Of a stretch of DNA of 51,744 nucleotides, positions 22,190-33,680 are shown piece after piece. The notes below the pieces were generated by a model that worked only from the letters and a program-made list of their open reading frames with translations, was not told the origin of the DNA and did no database searches. The position numbers were made by a program, and so were the translations under genes. Numbering within the stretch: the first letter of the stretch is position 1; each line of letters opens with the position of its first letter. This stretch comes from Macrostomum lignano. Its lineage: Eukaryota. The DNA lies in contig NIVC01000802.1 in assembly GCA_002269645.1 (NCBI GenBank), positions 1-51,744 on the forward strand, in the 5' to 3' direction.

Positions 22190-25100
22190 TCAGCTGGCCG
22201 ACCCGCCGGCCTCGTCAGGATGCGCGGAGGCAGCGGCGGCCTCCTTGCAGAACTCGGCCAGCACGGAGTCCAGGCTGAACTTGGACCGGTACTGGGCGAA
22301 GAAGTAGCGCACGTGCTGCTCATTCTTGGTGCCCACCAGCTGGGCGATGGCGCGAAAGTCTTTGCCGTATCGGCGGACGCCCTGCACAGCCAGCAGCAGC
22401 TCGTCCTCGGTCCACTTGCACGAGATCGGCGCCTCCGTGCGCGGCTCCTGGCGTTGAGAGTGGGGCGATGAGGTGTACGCAACCAACACTACTGCTGGTT
22501 CGTAGTGCAGAGCTGGAATTACTCGCGATTGGCTTGAATGACTGAATTTGATGTTAAATTTTATACGAGGGGTGTCCAAAAAGTAGTGATACTTTTAACC
22601 GAAGCTCTCGTTCTATAGCTTCCTGTGATTTAAAATTTTATGAACTGATAGCGGCAAATCTCTTCTACAGACTGCTTTTTGAATTTTTAAAATTGATACC
22701 AGAGAACAAAAGTTATACCCATGAAAGTAACAGTACCTGTACCATAGAGTTACACAAATTATAGGCTGAGCTTCACGAGATCCATGCCGAGGAAGCTTCG
22801 ATGAATTGTTGATTTCGGCTTGTCCAACCTGTCAGCGATCTCTCTAATGGTCAAGAAGATCCAGAATGGAGTCCGCCAGTACATCAGGTCGATGAACGTA
22901 TGGCCGCCCCGTCCAATGCTGATCTGCCAAGTCAGTCCTTCCCTCGCTGAACTGCTCCATCCATCAATAAACTGTCATTTTGCTGACCGCAGAGGATCCG
23001 TGCGCAGAGCAAAGTTTTGCGTGAATTTCTGAGGCACCATGGCTAGCGCCCCAAAGAGTGAAGATGGTACTTTGCTGAGCAACAACTGAGTGCACATTCA
23101 TGTGTGTTGTTGAGTATGGGCAATGAAATCATGAACGAATCGCAAAATGCAAGCTCCTCTGTTTGCAAGTAAAGTAATGCATTTAATGCTTCATTTTTTG
23201 CGCCTGATCCCGTCCATAGATAAATTTCAGTCAGTCACAGTGAGCATCATTTTGCAATTGGGCTTTGGTATTGCTTAAACAAGACATTTATCGATGCCTT
23301 CTTAATGAATGAGTGCAGAAGTCGACTATTATAAATGTCGATATAATTTGTGTAACTCTATGGTACAGGTACTGTTACTTTCGTGGGTATAACTTTTGTT
23401 CTCTGGTATCAATTTTAAAAATTCAAAAAGCAGTCTGTAGAAGAGATTTGCCGCTATCAGTTCATAAAATTTAAATCACAGGAAGCTACAGAACGAGAGC
23501 TACGGTTAAAAGTATCACTACTTTTTGGACACCCCTCGTAGAATCCCTTTGAGATTTCCTAGAACCGCTTTCAGATTTCTAAGAATCCCTTTAAGATTTC
23601 CTAGAATTGATCGGATTTCCTAGAATCGCTTTCAGATTTCCTAGAACCGCTTTCAGATTTCTAAGAATCCCTTTGAGATTTCCTAGAATTGATCGGATTT
23701 CCTAGAATCGCTTTCAGATTTCCTAGAATCGCTTTCGGATTTCCTATAATCGCTTTCGGATTTCCTAAAATCGCTTACGGATTTCCTAAAATCGCTTTCA
23801 GATTTCCTATAATCGCTTTCAGATTTCCTAGAATCGCTTTCGGATTTCCTAGAATCGCTTTCGGATTTACTAGAATCGCTGTCATATTTCCTAGAATCAC
23901 TCTCCGATCTCGTTAATTTCATTATTATATTTCATTTTATTGCATTTTGCTAGAATCTTCAAGACGCACAATGCGAGAATCAATTTTGATTTTATTGGCC
24001 TACTGCAAGTATACAACCAGACTTTACAGTTCTGACAACCGAAAAACCGGCAAGCCGGCACAGCAAAATAAATTCTTTCGCACCTGAAACGCCTCAGCCT
24101 CAGCGACTAGGCTGCTCCAACGCTGGGCGAGCTCGGCTCGATTGCGCTGCACCTGCGTGCGCGCCGTCACCAGCCGGTTGTCAAGGGCCGTCACAATCGC
24201 CTCGTTCTGCGAGCCGGGAGGCCGGGAGCCATGGAGATCATTTTAAAATTTGGTTAGTATGTCAATGCTGCCAGCATACTACTGACGGTAGCTTACAGTG
24301 GGTGCTGTAGATAATTCTAACAAACTACTGACAGTAGCTAACAGTGGGTGCTGCAGATAATTCCAACAAACTACTGACAGTAGCTTACAGTGGGTGCTGC
24401 AGATGATTCCAGCATACTACTGACAGTAGCTTACAGTGGGTGCTGCAGATGATTCCAGCATACTACTGACAGTAGCTTACAGTGGGTGCTGCAGATGATT
24501 CCAGCATACTACTGACAGTAGGCAAGGCTCACCTCGGCCAGACTCTGCTGCGACATGGTCAGCAGGGCTTCATAGTCCAGGAAAATGGCGTGCGGAATGC
24601 GCCGCCTCCGAGTCGGGCGATGAGGCGCCCGAGGCTGGGCGGCCTTGGGCGGAGACGAGCGCCGCCGCTGCTGGGACGGCGGCTGCTTCGCCCGAACTCG
24701 GCCGCAGCCGGGCGGCAGTCGGGGCAGCTCCGAGTCGGACAGGCTCGACTCCGAGTCGCTGTCGCCTCCCCGGCCGCCGACGCCGCCTTCTCCGCGGCTG
24801 GCGCGCCGCTTGTCCAGCGCTGTGGACTTGGAGCGCGACTTCTTCCACTGGTAATAGTACTTGACCAGGTGCGGCACCGACTTGTCCGGCAGGGCGTGCG
24901 CGATCTTGCTGAACTGCTTGCCCTGCCGGCGGCGGGGTCGGGCAATAAGGGGTCAATTGGGGTCATGGTTTCTCTGATGATCTCTATTGAGGTCAGGTGG
25001 GGTCAAGAGCCCAAGCCTGGGGCTTCGGTTTCTCTGATGATCTCTATTGAGGTCAGGTGGGGTCAAGAGCTCAAGCCTGGGGCTTCGGTTTCTCTGATGA

Positions 25101-28100
25101 TCTCTATTGAGGTCAGGTGGGGTCAAGAGATCAAGTAAAGTGTTGGGGTTTCGGCTTCAACAATTATCGCAGAGATGGCTTATCTTAAGGAGCACAAAGC
25201 ACTAACTTATAGTCTCTGGGATATATTCGAAATCCCCGTGTTGAAGCAAACCTGAAAATTGAAAGCCTGCTCAAACACCAGCTTCTCCTCGTGAGTCCAC
25301 TCGTCGGGGAATGGAACAAAGTTGGGCAGATCGGCGGTGGCCAGCTCGATGTTGTGCTTGTGCCAGTAGAGCATGGCCAGCGCCTGCTCAGCTGAGTAGC
25401 CGTAGCGATCTCTGGCGAGGTCAACGAATGCCGTCAGCTGCGCCTCCGTGGCTGCAGAGCTCGGTGGCGGCGACCAAACGCAGAAAGCGCCGTCTGGGGA
25501 GTCGCAGCGGCTGCCTGGTTGGCCAAGGAGTGCAGGTGGCGTCGCCTGGTAGTCCCTGCCGACCCGCATCTTGGCATCTGGTGTGGAAGGGAGCGGTGGT
25601 GGGAGCTGAGGCCAGGTAATAGGTGATGGCATGGGCTGGGGCCAGGTAATAGGTGATGGCATGGGGCTGAGGCCAGGTAATAGGTGATGGCTTTAGGGCT
25701 GCAGACAGATCTTTTATGCTACAGTCATTATCTTTTTGTCTATGGCACAAGATGCTGCTAGATTGTAAAGTGGAAAAAATATATATTGAGACATTTTAGT
25801 ACTTTATTATATACAAGGTGATGTTAATATTCTGAGCTAGACAAAATATTTTAATCTAGGAACTTGAAAAACTACTTATATTACACATAGACTATATCTA
25901 AGGAAAAAGCATAAAAACAGTATAAATTGTATAAACAGTATAAACAGTATAAACAGTATAACTTTGTTATACATTTGTTAAGTTGGTATCAATCTTAGAA
26001 AAACAAGGTATCAATTTGATATCAATGGTCCAAATCTAAGATGCCAAAATCCAAAACCCATAGGCCTAGTAGTATATTGGCCTCAGCCCTTAGGTGCCTA
26101 GCTTAAGTTGGGAACCAATTAATTCGGCGACAGGTTGACTTGGCAATAGTCAATTTGGCGACAAGTCAATTTGGCAACATGCTTTTTGTCAGTTTTGAAT
26201 GTCAAATGTACTTGAGTAAAGCAAATGTTGAGATACAAATACAAGAATGTCTCTCTTGGAAAGCTGCCAGCAAAATGCTGAGGCGGGCAATTGGAAGCAA
26301 CATTTTAGCAATTTTTTTTCTTGACAATCAAGGTGTGGGATAACTAGACAAATGTTAAAACATATCTGAATAAATAATTATCACCTCTAGGAATGGACTA
26401 CATATAAATACAAGTTGCCTTATTGGTTGTCCTTGAACTTTTGGTACTTTGTTTTGATATACCTACGTGACCTAACTAACACTGTAAAAATTATGATATT
26501 AACCTTCAATGGTATATGTGTATAATAAATATAATATATATTAATAATCCTAAATAATCATCATAGTATAAGTCTAGAATATTAGGTTAGTTGGGAAAAT
26601 GGTATACATGGCACTATGCCCCCTAGCATATGCCAGGCCAGTGCCTTTGTCTGTGGAAAGAATAATTAAATATTAGAATTTTTTTAAATGTTTTGATTAA
26701 AAGTTTTTCTATAATTTGAATGCAAGGGGCCAATGATAATATATAGATATTTAAAATTCAACAAGTTGTAATAGCTTAATTCTTTAGCCTTTAGCATTCG
26801 CCAAATTGGCTGTTGCCAAACTGACTTGTCATTGAATCAGTTGTTGCCAAATTGGCTTATTGCTGAATTGACTGGAAGCCCCTAGGTCCATAGTCTGGAT
26901 CATGCTGGATGCATGCCCAAATAAAAATTGAATAGTTACAAATGCATGCCAAAAAAAATTTTGTGTATGCCACCATTTTTCAAAAAAATATGCCAGTGTT
27001 GTGACAATAAATGACCTTTTTTACATTTTAACAATAAATTATCTTCTTTTAATTGTGTAATAGACCCCTACTAACAGATAATTTAGTTGATTTTTATGCT
27101 TTTTTGGTGATATTATTCATAGCAGAAAATAAATTACATGCAAAGATTTGTTGAAATGCTTATTTACCCACACTCAGGAAGGTGTACATTATGGCGGAAA
27201 ATTCCAGCGCACATCAACGAAAAATATGCGCGAAGTGGCACACACAGTGCACAACAAAGGCTTAGCAGAAGTTTTTAGCACACAGTGGCACATAGCAAAA
27301 CCTGATCAGAAAAATTTAGCTCACATTGGGTCACCTAAATGTATAATCTACACATGCAGTGCATAAAATATGCTTTAAGATTATGATTTTTCCAAGCATA
27401 TCAATAAAAAAATTGTTTCTTGGTAAGTAAAACGAATAATAAAATTCAAAATTGGATTTTAAGGTAAAGTTAGAGCTATTTCTTTTGAAAATTCTCTACA
27501 TAAGCTAAAATAAAGCAAAAGTTTTAAGTTGAAAAAAAGCCTACATAATATACGAAAATTTATCCATTTTTTTAGTTTTGTTTTAATTGGACTTTTACCG
27601 AGTTTTTAGTGCTACAGCGCATTAGTACTCTAGCTATGTATTTGTCAATAAACGAATGTAGACCTTGGCACAAAAATTCATATTTTAGCTTCGCGCACAG
27701 TGCATACTCCAAAAATATGCTAAAATATATTCCCGCGCACAAGTGACACCTTCCTAAGTGTGGTTATTTACAAGCTTGAAAAAACCGGAAAGTTTGAAAT
27801 TTATGCTTGAAATGTAACTTTTTTTTCAGTTTTTTCTACTTCCTAATAACTTTTACATGTGACAATTTTCTGGGCATATACTACATGATCCGGAGTGTGG
27901 CCCTAGGTTAACATACTTTAATTTGTCTCATTATATATCATATAAGTTCTTTGTTTTTTGTTTATATTTGTAGCACATTTGCCAAAAGTATAAAAATCTT
28001 AATAAGGTCCACATAAACATGACAATAGGCCTATAGCCAAGTATGAAATGTTTTTAAAATAAATAATATAATTAAATTACAAAGTAGCTCTAAGCTATTT

Positions 28101-28371
28101 AAATTAACTTTACAACATACCTATGGTAAAATAAAAATAGCTCACCTGCATATGCCCCTCTTTGAATTATTTCGTCGGAATCAGAATCATCAGATGTTGA
28201 AAAGGTGGGTGTGTTGCTCATGTAAACATCAAGCGAGGCTTTTGGATCTTTAAAGACATCTTCAGACAATTTGCCACGCAAATAGTTCACTTTATGACTA
28301 TGTGGAAACAGTGAGCTAGAATTCGATGCAGACCTAACACTATCCTTGTCTTTTTCAGAACATAGATTCAT
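22190..28371 (-). CDS. RCOR: REST corepressor (CoREST; ELM2-SANT-SANT), 5 exons, ~440 aa
   Basis: Exons are 28371..28146 (inferred first exon ending SDDSDSDEIIQRGAYA, phase-1 donor GTGAG), 25577..25252 (ELM2: AKMRVGRDYQA...EQALAMLYWHKHNI...FPDEWTHEEKLVFEQAF), 24922..24533 (SANT1 GKQFSKIAHALPDKSVPHLVKYYYQWKK), 24206..24084 (coiled-coil linker) and 22447..22190 (SANT2 KWTEDELLLAVQGVRRYGKDFRAIA). All junctions are GT-AG and in phase, totalling 1323 nt. Exon 1 is less certain than the rest. Confidence 0.9.
22566..23538 (-). mobile_element. Internally deleted Tc1/mariner element in RCOR intron 4
   Basis: ~198-bp TIRs (CGAGGGGTGTCCAAAAAGTAGTG...) at 22566-22763 and 23342-23538, with TA TSD on both sides. 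The internal minus-strand remnant resembles the mariner HTH region (F.EG.TDL.D...GRP...KSTIH). Confidence 0.9.
23541..23900. repeat. Minisatellite, 21-bp unit GATTTCCTAGAATCGCTTTCA
   Basis: About 17 copies directly abutting the mariner end. It produces the spurious SESDSRK ORF. Confidence 0.93.
24272..24520. repeat. 46-bp tandem repeat in RCOR intron 3
   Basis: Unit CTACTGACAGTAGCTTACAGTGGGTGCTGCAGATGATTCCAGCATA, about 5 copies. Confidence 0.9.
24967..25134. repeat. 60-bp tandem repeat in RCOR intron 2
   Basis: GGTTTCTCTGATGATCTCTATTGAGGTCAGGTGGGGTCAAGAG..., about 3 copies. Confidence 0.9.
25605..25690. repeat. ~30-bp tandem repeat at the 3' end of RCOR intron 1
   Basis: GGCCAGGTAATAGGTGATGGCATGGGCT, 3 copies. 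Confidence 0.85.
27168..27763. mobile_element. MITE with CCACACT(C/T)AGGAAGGTGT TIRs and 8-bp TSD
   Basis: Inverted termini, with TSD TTATTTAC at 27160-27167 and 27764-27771. Confidence 0.8.
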
Positions 28372-28871
28372 TCTTTTTTAGCTTCTATATATAACTCTAG
28401 TCTAGTAGACGGCTAGCTAGGCCCTATTTCGTTTGCAAATATGAATCTGATAGTAGTGATAGAGATATACAAATATTGATAAAACAGCTGAAATTTAAAA
28501 AGCAAGAAATGTGCCCAGCATAGCAGTGGTTATACACAAGTTCTATTTTTCGATGTAGCTCTTTACTTAAAAAAAGATAATTTGAGACTTGCAGCACTTG
28601 CACTTACTGCCCAATCAGTTGGTTTCTATGAACGCTTTGTTTTCTATGAATATTGTTTTCAAAATAATAATATTCAACTGAATGCTGAAACCCAGTAAAA
28701 CAATTGTTTTTATTATTTTTGGGTGTTAAACATGAAAAATTTAAAAATTAGTTAATACAGTAAATATGTTTGCGTTAGTGCTTTGTAGAACTAACTGAAC
28801 ATGATAAATAGGTCTAGGGATGATTTTGTTAAATTTGGATTCTCAGTCGATCTCGATCGGTTAATCCTATA

Positions 28872-29140
28872 GGGCCTTTTCATATTGCTTGCTCTGGTTC
28901 CAGAACCAGAACCAATTTTTGAAGTATAACTTTTTGTCTCCATAACTAGAGGGAGATACGTGCTATAAAGTTTTTATTATTGATTGACAATCGTCAAGAA
29001 GAAAGTGAAAAATTGTGCTAAGTTAGGTTGTTAAGGCAGTCAAATATTAACAGAGTTTAATAGTTACGAGCGTATACTGCTGTTTTTCTTGGAATTCCGA
29101 ACCGATTCTGGTTCTGGAATTGGTAATATGAAAAGGCCCC
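28872..29140. mobile_element. Small MITE, TA-flanked
   Basis: GGGCCTTTTCATATT...TTCCAGAACCAGAA is mirrored at the right end, with TA on each side. Confidence 0.6.
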
Positions 29141-29346
29141 TAGTCATTTCGTCATCTGCCATTTCATCATCTGGGTGTCTGGGGTGCTCACCTCGACTAT
29201 GGTCACTTCGTCATCTTAATTAGCATGCATGCACTACCTAAAGAGAGTCATTTTATCATCCACCAATCATATTATTTCCAACTTCAATTGAATTAACGTG
29301 GCAATCAACATATTTACTTGGAATCCAAATGATCCCAGTCCTTTTG

Positions 29347-29648
29347 GGTAATGGCTAGAGTTCCGGCACCGGAACCCGTTTTTAACAGCTAGGGATCCGG
29401 CAGTGCCATATAGAAGCATATAAAGACTGCTAAAAACATATCTTAAGAAGTCTGAATAGGCCTATTAGAAGCATCTCATCCCAAATCTTATCATATCGTC
29501 TTAAATTTTAATCTAGAACAAAATCTCAATATCAGCCACCTGTAGAAAGAAAAATATAATGTTCCATCTATATTATAATGACACTGCTGGATCCGTAGCC
29601 ATTAGGGCCTAGAAAATGGGTTCCGGTGCCAGAACTCTAGCCATTGCC
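29347..29648. mobile_element. Small MITE-like inverted-repeat element
   Basis: ~36-bp inverted termini GG(T/C)AATGGCTAGAGTT(C/T)CGGCACCGGAACCC-type. No clear TSD. Confidence 0.6.
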
Positions 29649-32600
29649 ATGATTTTGTCATCTCGATTGATAAAACCTGTCAATCAATTGCCAATTGGTT
29701 CTGCTTGCTGCAGCTTTATATAGTTAATAAAAACAAAATATTGTGGTTTAGGCCCTACACTAACTCAAATCTCACATAGATTAATTGGTTAATGAAGAAG
29801 TATCCAGCATAACTAAATATTTGGTAACTTTGTCATATTATTTTTCAAGCTACTTTGCTTCTGGTCACTTCGTTATCCGATATGACGAAATGGAATATGA
29901 CGATCTGACCAGTAACCAGTCAATCAGCAGCAGAAATATTAGGCCTTATCAAAATAAAATCAACCCTGCAGACTATAAGAGAAGAAAATAGGTAGATTTT
30001 TTATTAGTAAAACTTGTAAATAATTTTTTCCAAGCTTTTAAGCTTTAAATAACTGAGTAATTATGAGAAACAATAGCCGTGGCCTGTGTCTTAGTGAGTC
30101 TATAATGTTATGCTTATAGCTTAGCTTATAGGCAGGTACTATACATTTTGGTTGCAAGTCATTTTTATAACAGACGTTTCAGTGACAAATAGTTGTTTTG
30201 GTGACAAATTGCTTTTATGATAGATATACTTCATTTTTTCTATTTTTTCTTGTTAGGCCTATACTAAAATGACCTTTGATTGTTACCAAAATGACTGTAA
30301 TCCTTATAGGCACGTTTGTTATGTAAGCACAATAATAATGATGACATAGCTACTGGCTATGTATAGACTTCTGTAGGGCTGTCTTGGGGGACATAGTGGG
30401 AAGGCGCGAACACCCATTCCACTACTGCACAGACTTCATTGAAATAGCCGCTGTCTCTAGCATGAGCCACATTCAATATTGTATGGCCTATATCCATAGC
30501 CACCATGTGACCCATGACTATAAGCTTAAATATTATAGGCCTAGACATGGCAGCCTAGCTATGTTAGAACTAATTAGCATTATTAAATATATGCCCACCA
30601 TTTCTATATATAAGTTTTTGTATTATAGACACAATTGCCATGTTTCTAAGTATGGCATTTAGATAACTGGTTATTCATTTTGCTTTTGCCTTTGGTCCTT
30701 TGCTTACTTATGGATAGACCAGTTTGGTTGTGTGAATTGCCAATGCCTAGGCAGCAGTTAGGGCTATTAAATTATTAATATATACATACTCTATATACTC
30801 TTTGTACTCTTTGCAATGTCTATATGTCTTAGTGCAAGGTGCTAGAATTAGCAAACTTTTTTTAGAACAGGCTTAATTGGAAGACTGGGCTAAAGTGGCA
30901 GGCCAGAATAAAAATATGTAACAAATTAAGGCTATAAATGACAATTTTAAATGATTGGACCAAATATAACCAACAACTCCTATCCCCTACCCCACAGTTA
31001 AAACTAATATAAAAAGTGATATAGGTTATAAAGAAAGCTGATTTTACTTTTAAAGTTGAATATTTTAATATAAAATTGATTTATAGGCCTCTTTTACATT
31101 GTTTGATTAGCAAGGCCCAATGCCAAAGCAATCACAATTGCAACCGCAAGCAAATGCAAAGTGGTATGCAGATTAATCTAATGAATTTTGGTGCTAAAAA
31201 GTCATTTTTTACCTGAAAAGAACATTAAATGGTGTTGAAACTCAAGAAATATGTTAAATTAACTATATGGAACACTGTGCATTGGTTTCAGTGCAAATTC
31301 CTTACATTTCCAGTTTAAATAGCCCCAGAACTAACATAAGAGTAAAAAAATCAAGTTTTCAGTTTTTTATTGATAATGTTTTACCCAATGAACCAAATCT
31401 CTAGAAATTGCACACAAATATGCCTCGTTTTGTGGGAAATCAGCTGTCATAAAAATAATGCTGTCCTATTGCGTTTTTGCCTGATTTCAAGCAAAATATT
31501 AAAAAGTCACTACTTTGATCAATTTCCAATCACTTTTGACACATGAGCATTTGGTGCAGCCACTCAAAAACTTGGTCAATTTTAGCCAGACATTAGTACA
31601 ACTTGCTGCAGCATCTGCCTTTGATCTACCATTCTTTTAAAGTTTTAATCATCTATTTTTTGGGCATCTAATTAGCCAAAAATCACAAATTATTGATTTC
31701 TGATCAATTTTTAAACCTGAAAGCAACAAAATTAGACAGTGGCAATTTAAACCAATATAGTACAGCAACTATGCTATAGAAAATCAAAATTTGTTTATGT
31801 ACACCATGTTTTCAAAATTATAATGAGCAATAGTGCAAAAGTTGTGTGATTTTTTTAAAAAGCAATTTTGTTGATTTTCTTAGCACTGCAGAATCGTAGG
31901 AAAACAAAACTTTAGACACTTGTAGATTTTTGCATTGCATATCCAATTGCACTAATTTGAATCCCAAACTCAAAAAGCTTTCTAGGAAAAAGTTGCAAAA
32001 TAATAAAATGAGGGTCATTTTTACACAAAAAACAAAACTGCATAAAGATGCCAAAATAAATTAAAGTGCCATATACCATTTTGTAGGAAATTTAGTTCGA
32101 CAACTTTGATCTGTAGATGTCAAAGCCGTATCTTATAAAGTGTACTAGAATTTTGAAATCCCCTAGAAGCACTTTTGAAAAAAATTGTCTTTCTAGTTAA
32201 TTTACAGCTTAGAATAAAAATCTCTGCACTTAAAAGTATATTCATTCAATAGATTTAAAAGTTTTCTATCAATCAACACCTCACTTAACTCAATTTAGTG
32301 CAGGTTGCAAAACAAGAGCTCTTTTTTGGCAAAAAAATGTGAAATTTCAAAATGCATTGCAATCTAACTTATTTACTTGTAAATACTTTCTAGCCCATGT
32401 TGGCCTTTGGCTGCCATGGGTAGAAATTATTCACTTGCCCTCGGCCCCTAGCTCTCTGCTCTGCTTGACGGCGTCTTTGGCGGCGCTGGGCTTGGCTCAT
32501 TCACTGGTGGAACTAGAAAAGCCTAAGATAGAAAATAGACTAGGCCTATAATTTGCCTAGCCTAGGATACCATGTTAAATATCAACTAGAAAAATATTAA

Positions 32601-33222
32601 TTTATTATTTATCCCTTGCATAGCCAAAAAATAGCCCCTAGTGCTAAAGCCTCTGGTGCAAAAGCCCATTGTGCTAAAGCCCCTTGTGTTGAAGCCCCTT
32701 GTATTCATTTAAAATTTAATTAGTAATAATATTATTAAATTAGTACTACTAATATTTTTATGATACTTGGCCTAATATATGACCAATAATTATTTTGATG
32801 CATTTTGAAGGTTGTATATCACTGATTTGTCCAAAAACTTTTGTTAGAAGGTCATTATGTATAGCTTTGATTGCCTAGCTAATGCTAATACCTATTTTAT
32901 TAAAGATTTAAATGTCTTACCTAAAAACAAATTGATCTAGTCTAATTCCAAGTAGGATTAGAATCCATAGTTATAAATCATAGTCTAGAAGGTGGCCTTT
33001 ATGCCAGAAAATAATGGTTAAATATAGATTGTAAATGTAAGCATTGGAGTTGGCTTAAATGTCTATTGCAAAGAAATGACACATTTTAACTTATATGTTT
33101 TAACTGCAGTTTGTATAATATACTTGAAGAGTTTTTGACTATTTTAAGGATTGTATTAATAATAACAGGGGTAACACTAGTGATATATATAAGGGGTCTA
33201 TCAACTTAAGCTTATATGCCTA

Positions 33223-33581
33223 TTTTTTTTATTAGAGGCAGGGGGTTGTGTGCACCCTGGCGCACTTTAAGCGACATAGGCACACAACCAGTGAGAGGCA
33301 TTACTGCCCATTCCGCCGACTCCCCTGAGCAGGCATAAAGCGCGTGGATACATACTCAGGCACACACACACAGGAGTGTACAGCGGCCCTAACTTTATAT
33401 TATTGTTAGGCATGTACACTTCACTGCGCCTTGGGGGGTTGGCTCTCAAGGCCGTTAATTGCACGAGCAGAGCCAAGCCGAGATTCCAATTCAGCCCCAA
33501 ATTAATGTGACTGCACTTGGAATCGAGCCTGGGTCGCTGGCACACCAGAGCAGCTGCGCTACGGCTGGGCTACAGCCCCCT
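33223..33581 (-). mobile_element. tRNA-derived SINE, copy 2
   Basis: Reverse-strand homolog of 10164-10523 with B box GGCTCGATTCC and poly(A) tail. Perfect 13-bp TSD GCTTATATGCCTA at 33210-33222 and 33582-33594. Confidence 0.9.
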
Positions 33582-33680
33582 GCTTATATGCCTAGGATAC
33601 TTAAAAAATTATTGATGCCTTATTTTGCAGGTTAATTTAAACTTAGTTCTAATAAATTAAGCCATGCAATAGCATTTCTC

